A DNA stretch of 64,000 nt, taken from positions 36,704,001 through 36,768,000 of the forward strand of contig OX597817.1 of NCBI GenBank assembly GCA_951406725.2, in the 5' to 3' direction. The notes beneath the pieces were generated by a model. It ran no database searches. It saw only the letters and a program-made list of their open reading frames with translations, and was not told the DNA's origin. The translations under genes and the position numbers were made by a program. The stretch is from Octopus vulgaris. Its lineage: Eukaryota. Every line of letters begins with the position of its first letter. Position 1 is the first letter of the stretch. Positions 14,183 to 26,487 of the stretch are shown here, piece by piece.

Positions 14183-15503
14183 TTATAAATATGAAACTAT
14201 GTTCCCATATAGACGTTACATGCAGTCGTTGTTTGGAGAACGGAACGTGTATAAACATGACCGAGTCGTCAGATATTAATAAAACAGAGTTTAGTCCTTG
14301 CAGGTCAGAAGCGATCCAGCAAAGTTCCTCTGGCCGCTCGTTCAAACGTTAACATGTTACAGTTACACTTCCCTCCAAGCTCACCACACTTTCATAAATG
14401 GTAGAAGTATGCATCAGATAATATCAGACCTAAATACATCAAAAAGATGACGGTCGTGACTGAAACTACTTTGTTAATAGCTATGTTCTGCCTTGACTGA
14501 TAAATCTATTCGTGTGTTCTAAATGAGTTTCAAATAGCGTGCATGATATACACAATTGGTCTGCATTTAGTAGTTTACTAACTATCTATGTACCATATAA
14601 CTGCTGCATTAAACTCACGTAAGTGTACACAACAAAAGCATAATAGAGCATCGGACGGTGGCGAACCAGAGGAAAACTATAAAAAAATTATAGCTATCTT
14701 AACGTTATTAGCATTAAATTCAAGAGATTTTCTTCGCGCCAATGAATGTGGTTGCCGCGAGGATAAAAGAAAGTAATGTTTTGGAGGCAAGCATTTCTAC
14801 CTTCGTGTATCCAAAATATCGGCTTTTTCCATTCCTTAGAACAACTAAATTTATTGGCACCTGCGAAAGTCTTCTAGTTTTTGGAACCTTTTCTGCTGAT
14901 ACACACTATCACTACTCTCATCGGATTTCGAATTTCACCCTTTCTGGAAGAAATCTGAATTCATTTTGGATAAAGCATAATACTCGAATCAATCTTACTG
15001 TGTGGCTGAGTGTATAAGTCATTTATTCGATAATTATTAATTTATACTCTTTCCAAAATTTCAATTTGTCTGGAACATGTACATCATTGTCCAGACCAAC
15101 TATTTATGTCGTTTTAGTATGCAAGCACGGATATTCGTGAGATGTACGGAAATATAAATAAAAAGAATGTCACGATTTTGGTGAGCAGAAAATACCTCAT
15201 TTTATTTACACACCATAAATATTATAAAGTAAATAAACAGTTGTAAACACATATAAATTTCCTGATACTTGTAATTGTAGACACGCTGTCACTCAGTGAC
15301 AACAACATTCTTATAATCGCATGATACGTATATAAAAATATATCACCTTCATTCAATACATTAAGTATAAATATTTGAGCATAAGAAAAGCCATATTTTT
15401 ATTGAAATTTTGTTATTTATTGCTGGATATTACTTCAATAATTACGTTTATATATTTGTTTTGCAAGATTCTTGATGTAAAATCATGTGTTGAAACAGAT
15501 ATT

Positions 15504-15784
15504 GTTGTATTTAGGGACGGTCATGTTGCCGGTTTAGCCACACTCACTATATATGTGGTATTAATTTGCTTCAAAATGGCTGATCGTTAGTAAGGAGTGA
15601 CACATAAATAAGAAAGAAGAAAGCAAAAGACCACTGATGAGGTCACAGATGTGTGACGAAAGAACCCTGGCCGAAATAAGATTAATGTAAAAAATAAAAT
15701 AAAGTTGAAGCAAATTAACACCAAATATATAGTGCGTGTGTTTTTATTGGCTAAACTGACAACATGGCCATCCCTAAATACAAC
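15504..15784. mobile_element. fold-back (inverted-repeat) element enclosing a hammerhead-like motif, Penelope-like
   Basis: arms 15504-15574 and 15705-15784 are reverse complements; loop contains CCA-CTGATGA-G-GTCACA-GATG-TGTGAC-GAAA-GAACCC-TGG (15631-15670). Confidence 0.7.
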
Positions 15785-16485
15785 TTCAATAATTTCTTCG
15801 CAGATATACTGTTAGCTATTTGTAAACGTTGTGAGATTTCCTTGTTGTATTAGCCATGTTTTACATACTCTCCAGTGAAACATTTCCAGATATATGACTA
15901 CACTGTTGTTTTTAGTAATAGCGTATCTAGAACTACGTCATCAATGTTTCCTTCTCTTTAAACAATAATGTGTGGTTCGAGAGAGTTTTGGCAAGTATTT
16001 CTAATAAGTCCAGCGACCAGGTACATCTCGCTCACACACTGTTTCCTATGGCGACTGAATACAAAGAAAGTATTACCAGAATATTCTAAATGATTTCATT
16101 ACCATGTCTTCATTCATTAACTGCATATAGAGAATACTAATCAGCTTGGTTTGGTGTCTAGTAACATCCTATTTTTCCGTTACTACAATGAGCCTATTGT
16201 AACAATTCCTTGAGCAGTAATAATCTTAGACTCGACTCAGAATTAATTTTCTCTGTAAGAAAAGAGTATCGATTTAATTCTTGTTATTGTGTAACCCGTG
16301 GTAAGCTTTGATCAAGCAAGCTTAAAATAAAATACATCTCAGCCATGACCACCTGTTTATTTCCCTGGATGCAATGCACAAAAAGACACATAATCCAATA
16401 AGTTCTTTTTCATGGAGTGTGGGATGTTCAGCGTTCACATCCAAGTTCCGTTTTAGTCGTATATATTCAATGCTAATATAATACG

Positions 16486-16870
16486 AGAGGTGGCGAGCTG
16501 GCAGAAACGTTAGCACACCGGGCGAAATGCTTAACGGTATTTCGTCTGTCTTTACATTGTGAGTTAAAATTCCGCCGAGGTCGACTTTGCCTTTCATCCT
16601 TTCGGGGTCGATAAATAATGTACCAGTTACGCACTGGGGTCGATATAATCGACATAATCCGTTTGTTTGTCCTTGTTTGTCTTCTTGTGGGTAGTAAAGA
16701 AATAGGTATTTCGCCTACCGTTACGTTCTGAGTTCAAAATTCCGCCGAGGTCGACTTTGCATTTCATCCTTTCGGGGTAGATAAATTAAGTACCAGTTGC
16801 GTACTGGGGTCGATCTAATCGACTGGCCCCCCTCCACCAAATTTCTGGCCTTGTGCCTAGAGTAGAAAAG
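16486..16870 (+). mobile_element. SINE family A, two-unit copy
   Basis: head and body as above, second unit starts at 16705; TSD AATATAATACG at 16475-16485 and 16871-16881. Confidence 0.92.
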
Positions 16871-17708
16871 AATATAATACGGGCTCCTTTTCTCCCACTA
16901 GAAATAAGCTACGGAACAGACAATGTAATCATGTGTTCATGTTTTAATATCGCAGTTTTTATATAAGTATCAGAGAGATGGGTTAGAGATACGTATTTAA
17001 CATTTTCACGAAATAGGAAATTGTTCATAAATATCAGTTGGTTAGTAATTGGCTAAACTACTTAATCCTTCATAGATATAATGTAATCAGTCTACTGCAG
17101 TTGCAGAAGAGACGAAATACGTTGCAATATGTTTAATCTTTAGATTACACATATATATTGTTAACTTTTATAGGAACAACAGGTGACCTGCTTCTCAGCT
17201 GAGATATCACATACATATATACCTTCATATCTGCATAGATAGATGAGTACGCATCTATGTATGTGTGTATGTATATATGTATCTGCAGGTGTATTTAATA
17301 TATATATATATATCATAGATAAAAATTTTTGTTAAGACCAAAACAATGCAAAATGAAATACAAAGTGAAAAATGTTTTTATCTAATGCAATAACACAATT
17401 CTTTACTCTAATTATCATACGTGTGTATGCTTGTATCTGTGTTTGTCCTTCACTGCCGCTTGACAACCGGAGCAGGTTTGTTTGTATCCCGGTAACTTAG
17501 CTGTTCAGCGCAGAAATTGTTAGCTATAGCACTATAGCGTACCTGCATTCAAAATTGTTAAAACAAGTATAAGATAATATATATAGATATATATGATTAT
17601 GCGTCATATATATCACATACATACTTATATGTCATATATCATATGTGTGTATATGGATATATGTGTGTCATATAGGTATTATATATTCTATATATATATA
17701 TATATACA

Positions 17709-17750
<42 letters not shown>

Positions 17751-19599
17751 TGTATGTGTGTGTATGTGTGTGCGTGTGTAATTAAATACGAATATTCTAA
17801 TAAGCATCTACACAGAAACGTACATATTTCCATAAACTAGCAGGCAATGCTTGTGTTGAATTGAAAAAATCTGGAAAGAAAGAATATCTAAACCGTGAAT
17901 AACATCAAAATTTAATCGTAGCACCAATTTGTCGGAACTTTTAATGAAGAATATTATCTACTTAGTATTAAGTCGAAAGTGGATTGATAGATGGATGATG
18001 ATGACGAAACATACCATTCCCTTTGGTCCTAATCATGATTGTACTCACAATACACATTAGAATAACCAAATTACTGAACAGCTAAATGATTTATGCGCAC
18101 AATATGTGTCTCAATTCTTTCAATTTATGCAATGTCTAAAACGTTTGCGGGACAAATATTTTGTGCAAAACAGCCATGTTCTCTTCCTACAAGCAGATGT
18201 CAACAACAGAAGCTAAATTGGAACTGTGAAATATTGAGCCAATCTGGAGTACGCACATCGGCCACAAAGCCAGCACAGTCAGCAGGATGTACTCTTGGAT
18301 TCTTAGAGACCTTTCTAGGCCAGCGATGAAGTTGCCATCATCCCTCTGTCCCTATATTTACAGAGCCCCTCACATGCTGTACTCAGTCCCACTGAGGTAG
18401 TCTCTTCACACTAAACAAAATATTAAGTGAATAATTGTAGAGGTCACTAACAAATGTTAACCACCCCACCTCCCCAAAACCCTTCAGCCACTCTGAAGAG
18501 AAAAAAAAATTTAAAAAAACAATCCCTATACTGTCCATTTATATAATGTAAGAAACATACTATCAGCAATGTCCAACTTCAAACTCATATTACAACAAAT
18601 TTCTCCAGGGAATACCAAATATCAGTACCTGGAAATGCTTGAGACAAGACCATTTCCTACAAGAGTAAGATATAGGGTCCCACAATAAGATTTAAAAACC
18701 CTTCATCCAGGTGATGATATACTGATTATATTGATTTTGACATGACCTTCAACAAAACTGGCTAAAAATAAGCTCATATATAGATTTGTACCTTCTGTTA
18801 TGTTACCTGCAATGTATCAATATATAAACAGCTGCTCTCTTACAATTTACCTCTCTTGGTCCAGCCCCATTCTCCACCATGTAATAAGGTGCCATAATAT
18901 TTCACCATCTCTTTCGCAGCGACCAACAAACGTTGGTCCTCCTTGTTGTCAGTATCCATCAACGGACGGGTCTTTTCTTGCTTCCCTTCCATCACTTCAA
19001 CAGCTTCGACTAATAGGAAATCATCAATTTTATTTCATGGCTTTCTAAAGAAATAAATAAAGCATATAATTAAACGCTAAGTAATTTGTTACACATAACT
19101 CAATCATCACATTCAATGTACAACAGCACAAAAACAAAAACTCATCCAACACAACAATATCAATGTTGGCAACAGTGTAGACCTGGACATTTGTATTAGT
19201 CAGCGAGCATCTCCCATATTAGACCGTCACAGAGCATTCAAGACCAACTACGAACAGCACTACGAACAGCAATGTACAATCACATAGAAATACTCAATTT
19301 GCCATTGCACAGAAACAGCCGAATGATAGCATTGTCGAACGAATAGCGGAATAGCGAAATATTTTTATTTCTCTAAAATTGGAATGGGATTGATATGCTG
19401 AATGGGTTTAAAGCATTAATTTTAAAGACAGATATTTAAAACGAGCATGAAAAGTATCATCTAAATTGGAACTGGAATTAGTAAATGAAACTATCCAATG
19501 CCTCTTTAGTTAGAATTCACGTACAATACTATATATTTCTTGATATCTGTGTCAACAATAACATGCCTATCCTTTCTCGACAAACTGGAACTTCATGGC

Positions 19600-20090
19600 A
19601 AACCTAGAGACTCTCAGTTTGAAAATTAAGATTCTGTTTCTTCGAAGAATTATCCTGCAAATTATCTTAGCTATATTTGCGACAACTATCAATGAATTGA
19701 CGAAAAATCGGAAAAGGTTAAAACATAGACAAAGGAAAGCAATATGAGAATTGAAAAGCCATATTTCATCAGTTGAACAAGGAATTAACAGCTGCAGCTG
19801 AGAACTTAAAATATAAATTCGCCAAGTATAAACAGGAAACACTGAATAAATTGTTTGCTGGAGATCCCAAATCAATCTATCGTGCTTTGGACAAAAATAA
19901 AACAATATCAGTAAAAATATCTCATCAACAGAACAAGTTGAAAGCTACTGGCGATCAATATGGCGGCAAAGGAATGATAAATTCAACGACAAAGTTGAAT
20001 GGACACACGAATTAGAACAGAGATACTGCAAACATATTTAACGAAGTCTTTACGAAATCGATGGTGCAGTACTAGAAACACACCTCAAAT
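19600..20090 (+). pseudogene. R4/Dong-type non-LTR retrotransposon, pre-RT region fragment
   Basis: KYKQETLNKLFAGDPKSIYRAL then, after a frameshift, STEQVESYWRSIWRQRNDKFNDKVEWTHELEQRY; matches the N.LF......FY..L / P..E....FW..IW.....N....W signature upstream of R4-clade RTs. Confidence 0.7.
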
Positions 20091-20425
20091 GAAAAACCAA
20101 AATCCTCACCCAAAGTTTATTACAAGTTGTTGGCTAAAGCATCTCAATTTTTATTAGTGAGATTTAATCACTCTGCATGGATAGAGTATGAATGACACGT
20201 AATGATATATGTCTAAATAGGGGTCAACTACTAATATCATTCGCATCGTGAAAATTAACCATACCATCGGAGAGTCTTACTTCTAGTCGAGAAGCAGGGT
20301 CTTTGTAGATTGATAATAAATTCGAAGAACAAGAGAAAGAAGGAACATAATATATCATGTAACATAAGGTATAATTATAAACAGGTCAAATTTTAGCCAT
20401 TTTCCCGCAGACTTAATATGAACAA

Positions 20426-20466
20426 CCTTAATCGATTTTCGAACCTTATTGGGTTCTCATCAGAGG
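20426..20466 (-). ncRNA. minimal type I hammerhead ribozyme motif with intact core
   Basis: CCT-CTGATGA-GAACC-caataa-GGTTC-GAAA-ATCGAT-TA-AGG: complete CUGAUGA/GAAA core, 5-bp stem II, palindromic stem III (AAUCGAUU), UUA cleavage triplet, CCU/AGG stem I. Confidence 0.75.
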
Positions 20467-21689
20467 CGTCCACATCATTTTGACAGGCTCCAGAGTCCCT
20501 AATTTCCATACCGAGAGTGTTTAACACTCTATAAATAACAGTGGCCTGTCAACGCGAATCTTAGCCCACATAGTATCAATGTATGAATCCATGTGCACTC
20601 TGCTAATTAATAAAATGTATAAAGTACTAAAATAATATTGGAGGACAAATTATGGTTAAAACTTGACTGGAGAAGGTTGAATAAACACAGATTTACATAC
20701 AGTTCCAAGCAGCCGTTAACTGTTAAGCCCTTTCCTTCAGTGTCCCAGAATAGCCACAGTCTCTAGGCTGAATCAAGTAAGAGAGCAAAATAGAAAAAGG
20801 GTGTAATATTTTCACATTATTTTAAATCACACTTTGTATTACATTATGCTGTAAAATGCTGCATTGCTTTTTGTTGTACTTTATTTCATGTTAGATTCTG
20901 CTGTTAAAGCAGATTGTATTTTATTACGTAATACAATATCGATATATGTAGATGTTCGTAAGTGCTCGTGAATACGTACAAAACGTGTAAATGTGTCAGT
21001 TATATGTCTTCTTCCATCAACATTTTCCTATTTATTTTAATGTTTTTTCTTTTGTTACTTCGTATTAGATTTTACTTTTTCTCTTATTATTTTTTTAGCT
21101 TACGCTTTTCCTTTTTTCGTTGTTAAAGTTTCAGGTATTTTAAACATCATTTTTATTGTAAATTTCCTTCATACATTTTCACACTGTCCCTACATTATTT
21201 AGTCGCAGACAACACTTCATATTCCGACTATATGCTATCTATGCTGTTTGTAATATAGCCTTTAATGTCGTGATCAACGAAGAATAACGAACCCAGGATG
21301 ATCAATAGAGGATGATTTAAGAAACCCAAATAACAATTAAGCTTTCTTTAGCCTTTGAATAAGTCTTCCCTTCATATTAGTGAAATCAAAATTTGAGACG
21401 ATGTTTTGACATCAAGGAACATAACACATAACTGCTCGATTCGGCTCATCATCTTTTTCACAGCGATCAAAAACCGGATGTGCCTATTCATCTCCGAAAA
21501 AAGAGCGCGGTCGCCATATTTCATTCCATAACGGCTACCTCTGAAGAGCGCAGAATTACATAATCAGACTGTTACTAATACTCTGTTAAGACCCTATCGC
21601 GAAACTGATTGCTAAGATCGGCCGTGATTGATATATAATACTGTACGCTTCGATTGATATATATATATATACGTATATATATATATAGA

Positions 21690-23834
21690 AATTCGGGGTG
21701 AGTACTTGATAATTGTAAGCACCTGTATATACCGTTTGGTGGTGTAGGTGGTGGAGTAAATTAATCAAAATAAAAACATGATGCCAAGGATTCAGCGGTA
21801 CATATGTTTCGGGCCTTTATTAGACGGATTTATAACAATGCATAATGTGTGTCTGTGGCCTTCTTCAGTGTATGCGTATGTATGAGTAAATATCTGTGTC
21901 TAGATGTGTACCCCCCCCCCCCGTTATACTTCTTTAATAATTTTTTACATGCTTTTGTAGATTTCTTATATACATTTTTTTACACATATTTTTTTACATA
22001 TATTTTTTTACATATATTTTTATACATCTTTTAATATCTTATATCTATACCTATATATGTGTGTGTCTGTGTATGTGTATGTAAGTGTATGTGTACACGC
22101 ACGTATAGACACACAGATGTGTGTGCGTGTGCGTGTAGACACGTGTGCGTGAGTCCGTTTCTTTACATGCGTTTATAGATTTCTTATATACATTTTTTAT
22201 ACATCTTTTAATATCTTATATCTATACCTATATGGTGCGGGTGTCTGTGTATGTGTATGTAAGTGTATGCGCACACGCACGTATAGACACACAGATGTGT
22301 GTGTGTGTGCGTGTGGATACGTGCGCGTGGGTCCGTGTGTATGTATATATGCGTGTATGTATGCACACGTGGGTGTGCATGTATGCACACATATATATAT
22401 GTGCATGTGCGGGTATGGGTGTGTGTATATATGTGTGTATGTATATGTGTATATATGTATATGTATATATGTGCATATATATGTATGCATATGTGTGTGT
22501 ATATATATATGCGTATGTGTGTGTGTGTATATATATGTACATGTATATTGTCCGTGTATATATATGCATATTCTGTTGTGTGTATATATATATATGCGTA
22601 TGTGTGTGTGTGTGTGTATGTGTATATGTATATGTATATTGTCCGTGTATATATATGCATATTCTGTTAAAATCTTTTGCCCGCAAGTTTCTTACGTTCA
22701 TGTCTACCTAATGTACCCACTATGACTCCGTATCTTGCCCGCGTGCAAGAACGGATCCTTTTGTTATACCTGTGTCTGTGCATATGCATACCTTTGTGTA
22801 TAGGCATAGGGATCTACTGCCCCATGTGCGTGGGGGTGGACGCGAGTGCCGGTGTATACATATTCCTGCCCACACGCATAGAGATTCACTTCGTCTTGTA
22901 AATGCGTGTAAGTGCGAGTGTGCCTATATGAACGCATGAGAGTGTATGTATGTACGTACGTGTCGCGTTGGTTCGTGTACCCAACTACATGCGCCTCTTT
23001 CCATATATATCTGTATATGTTTACACGTGAGTGCGTATGTATGATTGTATGCGTGTAGCTGCGTATGCGTGCGTATATGTGCGCGTGTATATGGGTGTAT
23101 GTATCCATGCGGGTACGTATGTACATGATGACCACTTAATACGTTACGAAGAACTAGATAAGCTGCTCAACAACTCTAATTTACAATACACTAGGTCCCC
23201 AGACGCCCCGGTTGATTTATGACACCCAAGACTTCTACAACCAGAATTTGTCATTTTCCTGACCACCATGTTTGGTCCGTAACTACTATATATCCCTTAT
23301 CCTTATACTCTTTTACATTTTTTATTATTTTTATAACTTTATACCTTTATATTCATTTATATTTTTTAATATTTTTTATATCTCTTTATATCTTTATACT
23401 CTACATTTTTATATTTTTCTATACTTACACTTTTTACATATTTTTTATCCTTCGTCCTGAATTCTCGCCCCTCCATATTTATCTCTATTTGCTCTTATTA
23501 CCAGGTTCCTCCACGTCTGTCTGTATTTATATATTTATATATGTATATATTTATTTATTAATTTATTTATATTACTTCAACATCCAAACTTCCTCATTCT
23601 ACATTGAGAGAAGAACGAGATGGACGCTTCATTTTTATGCTGTTGCCGCATTATGTCGTACGCGAACGAGAGGATTTGCAACCAAGAATTTTTGATGTAT
23701 TACATGTCCTTGTGGAAGCAGTTGTGCGCGGCTGAAGAAGGCCACAGACACACATTATGCATTGTTATAAATCCGTCTAATAAAGGCCCGAAACATATGT
23801 ACCGCTGAATCCTTGGCATTATGTTTTTATTTTG

Positions 23835-23838
<4 letters not shown>
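21690..23838 (+). mobile_element. non-coding element with 107-bp inverted arms containing a hammerhead motif (Penelope-like inverted pLTR arrangement)
   Basis: 21762-21868 is the reverse complement of 23732-23838 with one mismatch; flanked by (TA)n on both sides; internal ~200-bp direct duplication (~21943-22157 vs ~22162-22336). Confidence 0.8.
23728..23805 (+). ncRNA. type I hammerhead ribozyme motif with extended stem II
   Basis: GCGG-CTGAAGA-AGGCC...GGCCC-GAAA-CATATG-TA-CCGC: 4-bp stem I, palindromic stem III ACAUAUGU, GUA triplet; A.C mismatch at the base of stem II. Confidence 0.65.
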
Positions 23839-23870
<32 letters not shown>

Positions 23871-25089
23871 CTAGTTGACTAGCCCGTCGTTGCGGGGCAA
23901 TTATTACAATAAAATGTCTTATATAAATTTTTGTTTATTCCATGCCGGAACATGCCTTTCCCGACTGAGACGCTTCTTGTTCAGAAGAGATTTGTGCAGT
24001 TTTTTTGCGAAAAAAATTCGTTGAGGATTTTTTTCCCCTTTTGAAATTATTTACATGCTTATTCAACCGTTTCACATGACTTCATATATTAAAACTTATT
24101 AAAACTTCAGAAGTTCTTACGACTTTGGTTTCGTCTGTTTAATAAAACTTCCACCTCCTAATGATTTTGCTTTCATTTTGTGATAGACAGCTATCATGCA
24201 GAAAATGCCAGCTTCAAAATTCTGTTTTCTGATTAGATAAAAATGATTAAACATTAAACCTCAATTACCTTTTCTGGAACAAATTAATAAGAAAATCGGA
24301 TTTTACGTGGAAAATAGCGAATTCGTAAATTTTGACGTGATTTTAATCTCACAATATGTGACAGCAAAGGGAAGACCATACAAAAGTATAGAGACAGACA
24401 GTTATAAGACGTCACACAAATTTACAAGCGTACACACAGATAATCACGAGTTTAAAATGGTGTATGGTAGACGTATGTATGCATGTACTTATGTATATGT
24501 ACGTGTGTATGTACGTATGTATGTACTTATGTATATATATCTATGTATGTGTGTGTGTGTGTCAGCGTGCAAGTGTTTCTTTATGATGTACATCAGAAAA
24601 GCTACCTACCCGCTCTTTCCTTAAAACTACGTATTCCTCACATCCACATTTTACCCTTCTTGGGCGCTTTAGAATTTACTTATGTGCATGTGTGTGCGTG
24701 TGTGCGTGCGTGTATGCATGTATCTATGTATTTACGAAAGTATGTATGCAGCATCGCGTGTATATGACAGCTGTATTAACGTAATGAGATGCTCATTGCC
24801 GCTCCACAGTTGTCGCTAAGACAACACTTTTCTTCCCTTACGTGATATCAGTAACCTTCACTCTGTCACCATAATTCCTTCAGACTGCTACACGTTGCAA
24901 CTTTCTCACTTTATCATATAATTCACACACCCACCCTATGGGGGTACATTATAATTTTTTATTGAAATCCAATTCGCCTAATATTGAATTGGAAGTTAGT
25001 TTTTCATGTATGCAAAGTTTGTTGAAGGTTAGTTCGCTGGTTTAGGCAGTAACAAACAGACAGACAGAAATTGGCATTTATATATAAGA
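23871..25089 (-). mobile_element. non-autonomous Helitron
   Basis: plus strand reads A|CTAG...GCCCGTCGTTGCGGGGC (subterminal hairpin) at the left end and ...ATATATAAGA|T at the right, i.e. A|TC...CTAG|T on the minus strand. Confidence 0.75.
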
Positions 25090-25190
25090 TATCAATAGAT
25101 ATTTATACACCACTCTCTCTCTCTCTCCCTCTCTTTCTCTCTCTGCAACAGTATACACACACATAAACATAATAATAATAATAATAATAA

Positions 25191-25896
25191 CACACGCACC
25201 ACGCACCAATGGTTACGAAGCTCAGGGCTAAAAGCAGAAAGTGATGGTTTCATATTAGCTGCTCAAAGACCAAAGCTTATTAACCCGGAACTACCAAACC
25301 AATGTGATAAAAAATGGAGCTGACCCAAAATGCCGATTCTGTAACGATGAGATTGAAACAATAGACCACCGAATCTCAGGGTGTAGAGTCTTAGCACCTG
25401 CAGAATATAAAGCAAGACATGACAAAGTCGGCCAGTATTTACATTGGACAATATGTCGGCATTATAAAATCAAAACCACTGACAAATGGTATAAACACCA
25501 TCCTGAAGCTGTGACTGAGGGAGAAAATGTGTCGATTTAATGGGACTTCCCCGTGCATACCGACAGGACTATAAAAGCTAATAAACCCGATATTATTATA
25601 AAAGATCAGACAAAAAGGATGTGTTTATTAATTGACATGAGTATTCCCTGTGATCACAATATAGCGGCGAAAGAATTTGACAAGTTTTTAAATATAAAGA
25701 CCTGCTAATAGAAATTGAAAAAATGTGGCATCTCAAGGCGACTACAGTACCAGTGATTGTAGGATCTCTAGGAATGATAAAAAAAGGTACTGAAACCTAT
25801 TTGAAAATGATTCCAGGCTTACCATCCCTACAGGAAGTGCAAAAAATCGTATTAACTGGAACGGCTCATATACTGTGAAGAGCACTATCGCTGTGA
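25191..25896 (+). pseudogene. R4/Dong-type non-LTR retrotransposon 3' coding end (CCHC zinc knuckle + RLE), 5'-truncated
   Basis: HQWLRSSGLKAESDGFILAAQ/DQSLLTRNY...PKCRFCNDEIETIDHRISGC...YKARHDKVGQYLHW...WDFPVHTDRTIKANKPDIIIKD....LLIDMSIPCDHNIAAKEFDK/KYKDL..EIEKMW......VPVIVGSLG; stops and frameshifts; preceded by (TAA)n at 25170-25190. Confidence 0.92.
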
Positions 25897-25951
25897 AAAT
25901 AACATCCATCCATAAATGGAAGAAAATTTGAAGAAAGAAGGAAAAAAAATA

Positions 25952-25985
<34 letters not shown>

Positions 25986-26406
25986 GGAGCAAACACATAA
26001 ATGTGAAACAAGGTGGAAAAAAGAGTACTCAAATACCAGTGGTACAGTAATATGCTTTATTTAAAGCAGCAGAAAATTCAACAAAACCTGTTACTTTGAG
26101 TTTCCCGTTGCCGTTATACATACATACATACATACATACATACATACATACATACATACATACATACATACATACACACACACATACATACATACATATG
26201 AACCAACTTCACAGCAGGAGGTGTAGATGAGGGCAGCTACATCAAACTCTCTCATGCACCAAATGTCAATTGCTAAAAATCATTCGTGAAGTAAAATCAT
26301 GTAGCAACACCGAATGGCGGTGCCCCAGCATGGCCACAGCTCATGAACTGAAACTAGATAAAATGATTTAAAAAAATGAAATGATATATATATATATAGT
26401 ATATTA

Positions 26407-26487
26407 GCCACTTAAATGTGGCTAACACTTAAGGGTGGATAAGCTACAGTAGCATCCACCCTTAAGGGTTAGCGACATTTAAGTGGC
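26407..26487. repeat. 81-bp palindromic hairpin element (MITE-like)
   Basis: GCCACTTAAATGTGGCTAACACTTAAGGGTGGAT pairs with ATCCACCCTTAAGGGTTAGCGACATTTAAGTGGC, 2 mismatches in 34 bp. Confidence 0.85.

Noticed and set aside
18230-18760. Short CR1-like motifs (RANLEYA; DYIDFDMTFNK)
   Set aside because: Isolated short matches in non-collinear order; too little to call a feature
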